From a virus (Duplodnaviria; Heunggongvirae; Uroviricota; Caudoviricetes), in the IMG/VR virus record IMGVR_UViG_2531839479_000007: a stretch of 32,745 nucleotides of DNA, one strand, 5' to 3'. Numbering within the stretch: position 1 is the first letter of the stretch; the number at the start of each line of letters is the position of its first letter. Of the stretch, positions 17,178 through 26,342 are shown piece after piece. A program made the translations under genes and the position numbers. Under the pieces are notes generated by a model. It saw only the letters and a program-made list of their open reading frames with translations, searched no databases and was not told the DNA's origin.

Positions 17178-17276
17178 GACAACCTCGGGTAATGGGTGGG
17201 CGGTGGACGCCGGTCGCAGTCAGGGCAATCAATACCCGCATTGACCGGCGTGCCGCCCGGCTCGGGGAGCGCTCGG

Positions 17277-18032
17277 TTAACCTGCGGCTTTTGCCGCTTT
17301 CGGGGGACGCCCGCGCCGTGCCGCCGGTTTAGCGACAGGTTTGCGCGTGCGCGGTTTATTCTGTTTTGGTGCGGGTTCTGGTTTGGGTTTCAGCGCGCGT
17401 TCAAGCTGCTCAATATCCTTTTTCACACCGATAGCCCGCTCTAACTGGATCGCACGCTGCAGGTGCGCCAGCGCGTCAGTCAGGTTGCCAGCATCACGCA
17501 GCACGTAGCCGGTGATTTTGTGCAGCTTCGCACGCACGATATCGGGCATGTCTGCGCGTTCGGTCAGAGTGATGGTGTCGAGCAGGAGCGACAGCCCGAC
17601 AGGCTGTTTTGCATCAAGCAGGCGCTGTGCTGACAGTGCGACCTCTTCGGCCAGTAAATACGGCGTTGTGCGGCGGTGGCCGCCGGTCGGCATGGTCAGG
17701 CCATACGTCATCGCGTAACGGGCGATCTCCAGCGCACCGGCGATATCATCAGCATCAAGACGCCAGAGCATGACGGTCATGACAATGTCATCCTGCGCCC
17801 CTTTGCCGGAGCTGAGAACACCACCCACCCACGGCAGATAAAACGGCAACAGCTCGCGCTTTTTGTCTGCCTTGCGCTCGTTGGAGCGGATTTGTTTTAA
17901 CGTGCGACAGTCTGCGGCCAGCTTGACGAGCATCTGCTCATAGGCAGTTGCATTACGCAGCGGAGCAGCAGCCCGCCGCGCAGTTTCAGAGGCCGAGACC
18001 CGCATCATGTGACGCGCTGCGGGACTCGTCAT
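17277..18032 (-). CDS. M: Terminase small (endonuclease) subunit M
   Basis: 251 aa, gpM-like with basic Lys/Pro/Ala-rich C-terminal tail; ATG at 18030-18032. Confidence 0.9.
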   Translation of the reverse strand: MTSPAARHMMRVSASETARRAAAPLRNATAYEQMLVKLAADCRTLKQIRSNERKADKKRELLPFYLPWVGGVLSSGKGAQDDIVMTVMLWRLDADDIAGALEIARYAMTYGLTMPTGGHRRTTPYLLAEEVALSAQRLLDAKQPVGLSLLLDTITLTERADMPDIVRAKLHKITGYVLRDAGNLTDALAHLQRAIQLERAIGVKKDIEQLERALKPKPEPAPKQNKPRTRKPVAKPAARRGRPPKAAKAAG

Positions 18033-18035
18033 GGC

Positions 18036-19103
18036 TTATTCCCCGCTTTCCGGTGCGGCAGGTGCGGTGAAGTCACCAAGGTTGATGTTTTCAATCAGGC
18101 AACCGGCTGCGTAAGCCTCGATCACATAGTCAATATTCATTGACTCGTAGTTTTCGATACGGTCTTTTTTCGGCTCTTCAATGATGGCGCGGCGGTGCGC
18201 ATCATCCATGAAGTAAATCGACAGGTTATCAAGACGCGTCACCATCAGGGCATTCGCCGGGAAGTACGGCACGCGCACGGCAGGCAGGTTGCCGATCCGC
18301 TTCTGGCTGATGATGATGTCAGCGGCCAGCGTTTCGCTGTTTTCCTGCGCCTTGTTGACCAGCGGGAAATATTTATCCGCCATAAGCTTACGGCCTGTGA
18401 TAACGACGAGCTCCGGGTCATCCTGATAAATCTCATCAATCAGGTTGGTGGTCGCATCCATGACCAGCGCATCGAGGTTTTCATAGTCACCGTTTTTCCC
18501 CACGCGGATCACATCGGAAATAACCTTGCCGTCTTCGTCGGTGATTTTTGACATCACGCGCGCTGCAGCTTCATTGCGGTACTTTTGCAGCCAGCCCACC
18601 GCGACATCCTGCAGCAGCGGGTTCTGCTTACGGTTGGAGGTCGCCGCACGGGTAATACCGTTGAAACCGGCCATGATGAAATCGAGCGACTGGCGCTTGA
18701 TAATTGCGTCACGGATACGGGTCTGAAAGTCCTGGAATCGCGCCCACAGGTCGAGCTGTTTGTAACGAATATGGAAATCGAAGTTGATTTGCGCGCATTC
18801 GTATTTGTTGGATTCGAGCGCGGTAAAATCAGCGGTCTTACGCTCATCATCAGCGGCGGTATCGGTGGTGCTCGCAATCGTACCGTTAACACCCACCCCG
18901 ACTTTTTCGCCTTTCAGCTCGTCGACCGGCACGATATTCACTTTGGTCAGAAACGCGGATGACGCCTGCAGGGTGGTCATCAGGGTTTGCGTCACCGACG
19001 GCTCGACGGTGAATTTCTTTGCCACATCGTCGGTGTCGACGCCGTTCAGCTCCGCCACGCGGGACAGGTAAGCATTAAATTTAAAGCGGGTATCTTTACG
19101 CAT
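18036..19103 (-). CDS. N: Major capsid protein N
   Basis: Start set at MRKDTRFKFNAYLSRVAELNG (ATG 19101-19103, AGGA 6 nt upstream), matching the P2 gpN N-terminus. Confidence 0.9.
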   Translation of the reverse strand: MRKDTRFKFNAYLSRVAELNGVDTDDVAKKFTVEPSVTQTLMTTLQASSAFLTKVNIVPVDELKGEKVGVGVNGTIASTTDTAADDERKTADFTALESNKYECAQINFDFHIRYKQLDLWARFQDFQTRIRDAIIKRQSLDFIMAGFNGITRAATSNRKQNPLLQDVAVGWLQKYRNEAAARVMSKITDEDGKVISDVIRVGKNGDYENLDALVMDATTNLIDEIYQDDPELVVITGRKLMADKYFPLVNKAQENSETLAADIIISQKRIGNLPAVRVPYFPANALMVTRLDNLSIYFMDDAHRRAIIEEPKKDRIENYESMNIDYVIEAYAAGCLIENINLGDFTAPAAPESGE

Positions 19104-19163
19104 TGTTATTCCTGTTTCTCTAAAAAGGGGCATCAGGCCGGGTGACGCGCACCCGGCGGGTTA

Positions 19164-20018
19164 TCAGCAGTTGGTCAGCAGCTCGTCGCCCGTTCCGCCT
19201 TTCGACTTCTCGCGGCGCGGCTGGCGATGGCTTTCGGTGTTATCGAGGGAACTTTTCAGCGTGGTAAACGCCTGCGCGTTTTCTTCGGTCTGGCGGGTCA
19301 CATCCTGCTTAAACTGCGCAAATGCGGTTTCGAGTTCGGTTAAACGTTTTTCGCTATTGCTCAGGCTGGTCTGCACCTGCTCAGTGACTGTAGTGACCGC
19401 CTCATGCACATCTGCCAGACGCCCGTCATCGCTCGCCTGCTTGCGGCTGAAAATGGCTTTGACCTTGTCGGTCAGGCTGTTGAGGACAGTATCGGGGACG
19501 TCCTCGAATTCCAGCTCAGCCAGCGTGGCAACGGAAAACAGGTCGTCAGGGTGAGCTTTTTTACCGGCCAACGGGTTCTGGGTCGCACGGCTGCAGAATT
19601 CGAGGTATTCGGTGCCGAGGCTTGCCGGGTCATCGGTCACCGCCAGGCCAACGAGATAACATTTGCCGCTGTTGGCGAAGTTAGGGCGGATCTCCATCGA
19701 GGTGTAAACTTTCTGACCGCTGCGCACCATGCTGACCAGTTCGTCCAGCGGTGCGATTTTGCCAAACAGCGCCTTTTTGCCATTCAGGGCAGAGTCATCG
19801 CTGATGATTTCCGCTTTCACTTCGGTCACGTCGCCATAACGTTTGAGCACACTGTCGGGCAGAATGCCGCGCAGGTGTTCGAGGTTGATGCGGCAACCGT
19901 AGACGCGCGGGTCGAAGGAATCCGCCATTTCCTGAATGTCATCACCGCTGATGACACGGCCATCGCAGGTGTCACCCTCGACGCCGATGCGAAACCATTT
20001 AGAAACTTTCTTTGCCAT
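19164..20018 (-). CDS. O: Capsid scaffolding protein O
   Basis: 284 aa, same length as P2 gpO; ATG at 20016-20018. Confidence 0.9.
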   Translation of the reverse strand: MAKKVSKWFRIGVEGDTCDGRVISGDDIQEMADSFDPRVYGCRINLEHLRGILPDSVLKRYGDVTEVKAEIISDDSALNGKKALFGKIAPLDELVSMVRSGQKVYTSMEIRPNFANSGKCYLVGLAVTDDPASLGTEYLEFCSRATQNPLAGKKAHPDDLFSVATLAELEFEDVPDTVLNSLTDKVKAIFSRKQASDDGRLADVHEAVTTVTEQVQTSLSNSEKRLTELETAFAQFKQDVTRQTEENAQAFTTLKSSLDNTESHRQPRREKSKGGTGDELLTNC

Positions 20019-20184
20019 TGTTCAGGTGTCCTGATATTGGGTTTTCGGTTCGGGGGTAGTTTCCCGACTCCGCCCCGCATCAGCCACCGCTTGCGGAAGT
20101 GCAACCCCTGACACAACAGGGGGTTAGCGATAATGCCCGGCTATTTCCTTAGCCTTGCCCCGTATTCACCAGTACGAGGCAACC

Positions 20185-21954
20185 ATGACCATTTCGACTG
20201 ACCTCTCCCTTTTGCATGACCCGCGACGACAGGCGCGGCTGTTGTTCTGGCAGGGATTTTCCGTACCACAAATCGCCGACACACTGCAGGTAAAGCGCCC
20301 GACCGTGCAGAGCTGGAAACAGCGCGACGGGTGGGAGGAAACCGCCCCGCTTAATCGCGTGGAAACGACGCTCGAGGCGCGCCTGATCCAGCTTTATGCA
20401 AAGCCTGACCTGACGCCGCATGACTTCAAGGTCGCTGATTTTCTGTCACGCCAGATGGAGCGATTCGCACGCATCAACCGCTACGGCCAGACCGGTAATG
20501 AAGTGGATTTAAACCCCAACATTGCGAGCCGCAATAAAGGGGATCGCAAAAAGCCGAAACGCAATTATTTCAGCGACGAGGCCATCGAAAAGCTGGAAGA
20601 GATTTTCTTCGATCAGTCCTTTGAGTATCAGCTCAACTGGCACAAGGCCGGTATCGCGCACCGTATTCGCCACATCCTCAAATCACGCCAGATTGGCGCG
20701 ACGTTCTACTTTGCGCGTGAGTCCCTCCTGCGTGCGCTTAAGACCGGGCAAAACCAGATATTTTTGTCAGCCAGTAAGACGCAGGCTTACGTGTTCCGAA
20801 AGTACATCATCGCCTTTGCGCGCATGGTCGACGTCGACCTGTCAGGAGACCCGATTGTCATCGGCAACAACGGCGCAGAGCTGATTTTTCTCGGGACAAA
20901 CTCAAACACTGCGCAGAGCCATAACGGCGACCTGTATGTCGATGAAATCTTCTGGATCCCCAACTTTCAGAAGCTGCGCAAAGTCGCCTCGGGGATGGCG
21001 TCGCAGTCCCACCTGCGCACCACCTACTTTTCAACACCCTCAACGCTGGCACATGGCGCGTATCCGTTCTGGTCAGGTGAACTGTTTAACCGGGGACGCA
21101 GCAACGCGAGCGAGCGCGTCGACATCGATATCAGCCACAAAGCGCTCGCCGGTGGCGTGCTGTGCCCGGACGGCCAGTGGCGGCAGATTGTCACCATCGA
21201 GGACGCACTCGCCGGGGGATGCACCCTGTTTAATCTGGATCAGCTGAAACAGGAAAACAGCGCCGACGATTTTCGCAACCTCTTCATGTGCGAGTTTGTT
21301 GACGATAAAGCGTCGGTATTCCCGTTCGAGGAGCTACAGCGCTGCATGGTCGATGCGATGGAAGAATGGGAGGACTTTGCGCCGTTCTCTGACCGTCCGT
21401 TTAACTGGCGCCCGGTCTGGATTGGCTATGACCCGTCGCACACCGGCGACAGCGCTGGCTGTGCGGTACTGGCTCCACCACTGGTTCCCGGTGGCAAGTT
21501 CCGCATCCTTGAGCGTCACCAGTGGAAAGGGATGGATTTTGCGACGCAGGCCGAGGCTATCCGCGAGCTGACCGGGAAATATTGCGTCGAGTACATCGGC
21601 ATCGATGCGACCGGCATCGGCCAGGGGGTTTACCAGCTCGTGCGCTCCTTCTTCCCGGCGGCGCGTGCCATTCGCTACACGCCGGAAATGAAAACTGCGA
21701 TGGTGCTGAAAGCGAAAGACACCATCCGTCGCGGATGTCTGGAATATGACGCCGGTGCGACCGACATCACACAGTCATTTATGGCTATCCGTAAAGCCAT
21801 GACCAGCAGCGGGCGCAGCTCCACCTATGAGGCCAGCCGCAGCGAAGAGGCCAGCCACGCGGATATTGCGTGGGCGACCATGCACGCCCTGTTAAACGAA
21901 CCGCTTTCCGCCGGTAGCGGCATGCAATCAACCTCAATTCTGGATATTAACTAA
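20185..21954 (+). CDS. P: Terminase large (ATPase) subunit P
   Basis: Start set at MTISTDLSLLHDPRR (ATG 20185, GAGG 6 nt upstream); 589 aa, gpP-like. Confidence 0.9.
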   Translation: MTISTDLSLLHDPRRQARLLFWQGFSVPQIADTLQVKRPTVQSWKQRDGWEETAPLNRVETTLEARLIQLYAKPDLTPHDFKVADFLSRQMERFARINRYGQTGNEVDLNPNIASRNKGDRKKPKRNYFSDEAIEKLEEIFFDQSFEYQLNWHKAGIAHRIRHILKSRQIGATFYFARESLLRALKTGQNQIFLSASKTQAYVFRKYIIAFARMVDVDLSGDPIVIGNNGAELIFLGTNSNTAQSHNGDLYVDEIFWIPNFQKLRKVASGMASQSHLRTTYFSTPSTLAHGAYPFWSGELFNRGRSNASERVDIDISHKALAGGVLCPDGQWRQIVTIEDALAGGCTLFNLDQLKQENSADDFRNLFMCEFVDDKASVFPFEELQRCMVDAMEEWEDFAPFSDRPFNWRPVWIGYDPSHTGDSAGCAVLAPPLVPGGKFRILERHQWKGMDFATQAEAIRELTGKYCVEYIGIDATGIGQGVYQLVRSFFPAARAIRYTPEMKTAMVLKAKDTIRRGCLEYDAGATDITQSFMAIRKAMTSSGRSSTYEASRSEEASHADIAWATMHALLNEPLSAGSGMQSTSILDIN

Positions 21955-21955
21955 G

Positions 21956-22963
21956 ATGAAAAAACGACAAAAGAAACCCGCCAACATGACCGCCAGCACA
22001 CCGCAAAAAATGGAGGCGTTCACCTTTGGTGTGCCTTCCCCGGTTCTGGATCGCCGCGACATTCTCGACTACGTAGAGTGTATCAATAACGGGAAATGGT
22101 ACGAGCCGCCGGTCAACTTCTCGGGGCTGGCAAAAAGCCTGCGCGCCTCCGTTCATCACAGCTCGCCGATTTACGTGAAACGTAACATTCTGGCGAGCAC
22201 CTACATTCCGCACCCGTTGCTGTCACGTCAGGACTTCAGCCGCCTGGTGCTCGATTATCTGGTCTTTGCCAACGGCTATCTTGAGAAGCGCATGAGCGTC
22301 ACCGGCCAGCTCTTAAAACTGGAAACCTCACCGGCTAAATACACCCGCCGGGGTGTCGAAGATGGCGTTTACTGGTACGTGTCGAACTACACCCAGCCGC
22401 ACCCGTTCGCACCCGATTCCGTTTTCCATCTGCTTGAGCCCGATATCAATCAGGAGTTGTACGGGATGCCGGAATACCTGAGCGCACTTAATTCTGCCTG
22501 GCTGAATGAGTCCGCTACGCTGTTTCGCCGCAAGTATTACCAGAACGGCGCGCACGCGGGGTACATCATGTACGTCACCGACGCCGCGCAAAGCAGTACC
22601 GACGTCGAGTCGCTCCGCAACGCGATGCGTGACTCGAAAGGACTCGGGAATTTCAAAAACTTGTTTTTCTACGCGCCCAACGGCAAACCGGATGGCATCA
22701 AGATTGTGCCGTTGAGTGAAGTCGCCACGAAAGATGATTTTTTCAATATCAAAAAGGTTAGTGCAGAAGATTTGTTGAGTGCTCATAGGGTACCACCACA
22801 AATGATGGGAATTATGCCTAACAATGTTGGCGGTTTTGGTGATGTTGTAAAAGCTGCACAAGTGTTTGTCCGAAATGAGTTAACTCCTTTACAGGAACGG
22901 TTCAAAGAACTAAACAACTGGTTAGAAATGGAAGTTATAAGATTTAAAAAATATTCACTTTGA
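21956..22963 (+). CDS. Q: Portal protein Q; last ~75 codons are AT-rich (mosaic 3' end)
   Basis: 335 aa, gpQ-like; ATG at 21956 one base after the P stop; composition drops from about 22735 onward. Confidence 0.9.
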   Translation: MKKRQKKPANMTASTPQKMEAFTFGVPSPVLDRRDILDYVECINNGKWYEPPVNFSGLAKSLRASVHHSSPIYVKRNILASTYIPHPLLSRQDFSRLVLDYLVFANGYLEKRMSVTGQLLKLETSPAKYTRRGVEDGVYWYVSNYTQPHPFAPDSVFHLLEPDINQELYGMPEYLSALNSAWLNESATLFRRKYYQNGAHAGYIMYVTDAAQSSTDVESLRNAMRDSKGLGNFKNLFFYAPNGKPDGIKIVPLSEVATKDDFFNIKKVSAEDLLSAHRVPPQMMGIMPNNVGGFGDVVKAAQVFVRNELTPLQERFKELNNWLEMEVIRFKKYSL

Positions 22964-23026
22964 TTTTCAAAATAAACATCTCAACATTATATTCAGCCCT
23001 GTAACTCAAGAACCACAGATAATAAC

Positions 23027-23055
23027 ATCACAGCCCACTTTATCGGGGCTGTGAT
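23027..23055. terminator. Perfect 10-bp inverted repeat between convergent Q and the cargo operon (candidate bidirectional terminator or structured element)
   Basis: ATCACAGCCC / 9-nt loop / GGGCTGTGAT; 64 nt after the Q stop and 4 nt before the cargo stop codon; no clear U-tract on either strand. Confidence 0.35.
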
Positions 23056-23058
23056 AAT

Positions 23059-24171
23059 TTAACCAACCCTTGCTTTTTTATATGGACCACAACTCCAACT
23101 AAAGAAATTCTTACCTAACTTATACCATTTATCAGAAAGCACTGGTGTTAGGTGAGGATTATATTTTTTTAAACTTCCCTTTTGTATATATTTCAATGTA
23201 TTGCTGAGCAAATTCTCTCCAAAACCATCATAACTTACACAAGCAGCGTTGCAGCTACAACGTTTTGATTCGATATACTCACAATCATATTTTATATCAA
23301 GCTTCTTTAATATCGGACGCCAATATGCACCATGTTTTCGATCGAGTTCAAGGGCTGTTTTAAAATCAAAACCTTTTTTATGGTCAATATAAAATTTTAC
23401 TGATTCATCTACGGAGCAAAGATGCTTAAAGAAAATGAGAGATTTTTCTTTTTGTTGCAATTGACTTTGACTTCTTAATACATCTTCAATTGTCGATAAA
23501 GGAACTAGAGATTCTATTTCATGTACATCTAAAATCTCCACGAAACCTGAGCGAGTAATTTGTGAGCCCAAAAAATGTGAGCAAGTACCTCCGAATGGGG
23601 CTCCAGGATGTTTTTTGTCATTATCCACAATACAAAAAACTATCTCATTATTTTGAATTGCACGCTCGAATATATCCTTAGTACTGCCCCCACCGCCATT
23701 TAGAGCGATAAAACCCATTTCGCAGCGAGATAAGTTAATACCTTCGGCATAATGAGCCGCTATAACCTTAAAAAAATCAGAATCCAAAGGATTTTCACAT
23801 ACTATTTTCGTTTTTTGCAATTGTGCCGAGTCATTAAAATACAATGGACCACAAACAAATTTAAAAGATTCACCGATCTGAACCCATTTAAATGATTTAT
23901 CACTAATATTAAAGTCGACAGATACATAAAATGAGACCTGATCCAAGATAGCATAGTACTCTGTTAGACCCGACAAAGCCTCTTGCGCGTAACTTTTTGA
24001 TGAAAGGCTATAAAGCCCGCTTTGATCATTGATAATAGTTTTAAAAAAAACCCTTGCCCCTATAACCAAGTGTTTTTGTTCAGCGAATGCCCGAAGTATA
24101 TTTTCAACCGCTATGGCAAATGAGTTATTTAGCACCTTCTCAGGTGTCGCATTTTCGATATTAATCAACAT
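23059..24171 (-). CDS. Cargo gene 2: 370-aa partner protein of the ATPase, unknown function (possible Toprim-like E...DxD core; Cys-rich C-terminus)
   Basis: ATG at 24169-24171 only 2 nt after the ATPase TAG stop; AT-rich; ...RCEMGFIALNGGGGS...IVFCIVDNDKK... could be Toprim-like; C-terminal CEYIESKRCSCNAAC cluster. Confidence 0.6.
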   Translation of the reverse strand: MLINIENATPEKVLNNSFAIAVENILRAFAEQKHLVIGARVFFKTIINDQSGLYSLSSKSYAQEALSGLTEYYAILDQVSFYVSVDFNISDKSFKWVQIGESFKFVCGPLYFNDSAQLQKTKIVCENPLDSDFFKVIAAHYAEGINLSRCEMGFIALNGGGGSTKDIFERAIQNNEIVFCIVDNDKKHPGAPFGGTCSHFLGSQITRSGFVEILDVHEIESLVPLSTIEDVLRSQSQLQQKEKSLIFFKHLCSVDESVKFYIDHKKGFDFKTALELDRKHGAYWRPILKKLDIKYDCEYIESKRCSCNAACVSYDGFGENLLSNTLKYIQKGSLKKYNPHLTPVLSDKWYKLGKNFFSWSCGPYKKARVG

Positions 24172-24173
24172 AA

Positions 24174-25730
24174 CTACTTACCCGAGAAAAAGCCAACCGG
24201 CCAATTTTTTAGGAAACCATTCTCGTCAAAATAAGATTTCTTAACTATAGTCTGCTGCTTATCATCTTTTTCAAATACCAGTATTGAAATATCATCCTGT
24301 GAAAGACTTTCATTTTCCTCAATATATTCACCAAGTGCTTCAATCATGGTCTGGCTATGTGTCTCAAAAATTATCTTCAAATCTACATTATTTTCTTTTG
24401 CTTTAGTTACTACTTTTGCAAAAATACTTGCTAAATTATGCTGATATGACGGATGTAAATGCAATTCTGGCTGCTCAATGATAAATGTTATAGGTTTTCT
24501 AACCGTGGTAGCACGACGTTCTGTCTCAAGCCAAATGGCTGTAACTATCGGCAAAACCTGAGAATAACCAAACCCCATATCACTAACATTATAGTTCTCA
24601 CTATTTTCACCGGTGTTTATTAAAATTGCAAAGTGAGAGCCACTTTGTTCAACCTTGATAATGAAATCAAAATTTAACTTTGTCCAATCTTCAAATTTTG
24701 ATTTATCAGCCGGTCTTAATGAATTCAAAAGCATTGCAAGATTGGAACCAGTATGATCTATCTCATTAACCTGTAAATCTTGAAAACGATAAAATCTTTC
24801 TGATGTAGCACGCAGTGGAGCTATGTACTTTACATTTCTGAATGAATCTGACAAGGATGTATTTATTATATCTATAAGATTATTAATATTCCATCCAATT
24901 ATAAATGGATATAACTCATTCATTATTTCATCATGTTGAAATTCAAAGTTTCTACTAAAAACTTTTTGTTCCTTAAATAGAAAAGCAACTAATTTACTAG
25001 CGTACGCTTTGGGTATAAAGCCAATTCTTTTGAATGCCTCTGTCACTTGATTTATATCAGATTTAGTATGGAAATATTTCTTTATATATTTCGCCGCTGA
25101 ATCAATAAATGACAATTCTAACGCCCTGTCATGCCTAGAATGTCTCAAATAGAATGATGTGCTTGGAGGAGGACTGTCTTCCTTACCCTTCAAAATTAGA
25201 TTTGGTATGAACTGCCCAAGATTTTTAGCTATTATCCCATCACGCTCTATTGTTTTATCATCTGATTCAATGAGTAATTTAACATTACTACTCTCATCCA
25301 TTGAAATAAATATTGTTAAATCAGCCAATATAAGCTTAATCGTTTTCGTTTTTGTTTTTTTATCTTTAGAGTAAACAGTTAACTCTGCTTCAATATCTGT
25401 TGGTTGCTTTGCTAAATCAGTAGAACGATAATATGTATATCTTTGTGAAACCTCTGGCGGAATTGAGAGTGAAAAACTAAACGTAATTTCTTTTTTTTCA
25501 GAGTTTCGGGAAAGTACATCTGTAAAATCGCCAAAATCCACATATCTCCCATACCATAGTATTGGGCCAGTAGTATTTTCTTCTACAGATTGACGAAGTA
25601 AAGGAAATGTGCGCAATAGGGAACTTTTACCACTGCTGTTCTTACCAACAAATACTGTAATTGGTTTTAAATCAATAAACGTTTTGTTGACAAAGCTCCT
25701 GAAGTTTTGAAGACCTATACCCTTAATCAT
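24174..25730 (-). CDS. Cargo gene 1: ABC/OLD-family (AAA_15/AAA_21-like) ATPase without a C-terminal Toprim domain
   Basis: Start set at MIKGIGLQNFRSF (ATG 25728-25730, GGAG 6 nt upstream); Walker A GKNSSGKSS, Walker B/D-loop ITFIIEQPELHLHP, H-loop IIFETHS; ORF-track start at 25802 is TTG inside the cos-like sequence. Confidence 0.75.
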   Translation of the reverse strand: MIKGIGLQNFRSFVNKTFIDLKPITVFVGKNSSGKSSLLRTFPLLRQSVEENTTGPILWYGRYVDFGDFTDVLSRNSEKKEITFSFSLSIPPEVSQRYTYYRSTDLAKQPTDIEAELTVYSKDKKTKTKTIKLILADLTIFISMDESSNVKLLIESDDKTIERDGIIAKNLGQFIPNLILKGKEDSPPPSTSFYLRHSRHDRALELSFIDSAAKYIKKYFHTKSDINQVTEAFKRIGFIPKAYASKLVAFLFKEQKVFSRNFEFQHDEIMNELYPFIIGWNINNLIDIINTSLSDSFRNVKYIAPLRATSERFYRFQDLQVNEIDHTGSNLAMLLNSLRPADKSKFEDWTKLNFDFIIKVEQSGSHFAILINTGENSENYNVSDMGFGYSQVLPIVTAIWLETERRATTVRKPITFIIEQPELHLHPSYQHNLASIFAKVVTKAKENNVDLKIIFETHSQTMIEALGEYIEENESLSQDDISILVFEKDDKQQTIVKKSYFDENGFLKNWPVGFFSGK

Positions 25731-25801
25731 TCCTAGCTCCATTAGTTCAATAAAATCAATCGATTTTGAGACAATCTTAATATCTTTGACAGGCGCGCGC
25801 A

Positions 25802-25820
25802 ATGCTTACCCCGCCTCGCC
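25802..25820. other. cos-like site (19-nt cohesive-end sequence)
   Basis: Minus strand reads GGCGAGGCGGGGTAAGCAT, 17/19 identical to the P2 cohesive end as I recall it (GGCGAGGCGGGGAAAGCAC). Confidence 0.55.
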
Positions 25821-26102
25821 TGCCCGCTTTATGGGTCGTTTTTAATGCAGTTGCATGACCACTCTGGATCCGCGCCTGCTCTGGCGGCGCGCGGCCAGAA
25901 CAGGCATCCCCAACGTATGCAAAAAAATGCACCTGTTGCATGCACGGCTAAAAAACCGGGAAATTGTGGGAAAATTGCATAATAAAACCGACTTTAATCG
26001 TGCCGGTTGGGGGTGGTCTCTACGGTGCAGGCTAACGTCTCGCGGGGCTCGTTGCTCAACACCGCTGGCACTGAAAACAAGTTTCAGCACCGGCGGCGTT
26101 TG

Positions 26103-26342
26103 CTATGGTCGACGCGGTGGTGGCTTTGCCATATTTGGTGGCCGAAACGCCTCAATTTTCGGATTGCTGATATCGCTGTATTTGCGGTGATTATCCCGGA
26201 CGACACCGGCACACCCGACCAGTTCGTCAGGGGTCAGATTCTCGTTAATCATAATTTGTTGCAGGCGATGTACGACGGCCATCAGCTTAATGTTTTGCGT
26301 TGAATGTATCGGCGGCACTGGCATCATTCGCATATGACTCAT
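26103..26342 (-). CDS. Small hypothetical protein (79 aa) coupled to the DUF3850-like gene
   Basis: ATG at 26340-26342 overlaps the upstream TGA (ATGA); MSHMRMMPVPPIHSTQNIKLMAVVHRLQQ...; no recognisable family; ORF-track start at 26351 is GTG. Confidence 0.35.
   Translation of the reverse strand: MSHMRMMPVPPIHSTQNIKLMAVVHRLQQIMINENLTPDELVGCAGVVRDNHRKYSDISNPKIEAFRPPNMAKPPPRRP

Noticed and set aside
19404-20111. 235-aa plus-strand ORF overlapping O
   Set aside because: Antisense to the scaffold gene and running into the O/P divergent promoter region; no recognisable motifs
22328-22861. 177-aa minus-strand ORF inside the portal gene
   Set aside because: Antisense to Q; no start context; composition-driven open frame
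26072-26090. Hairpin CTGAAA/ACAAG/TTTCAG as terminator of the A-distal operon
   Set aside because: Only a 6-bp stem and no U-tract on the relevant strand; too weak to call
25842-26303. Overlapping small ORFs (82, 111, 98 aa) between cos and the coupled small gene; possible old/tin-like cargo
   Set aside because: No recognisable motifs, mutually overlapping on both strands, no RBS; nothing resembling an OLD ATPase/Toprim or Tin protein, so old/tin appear absent here
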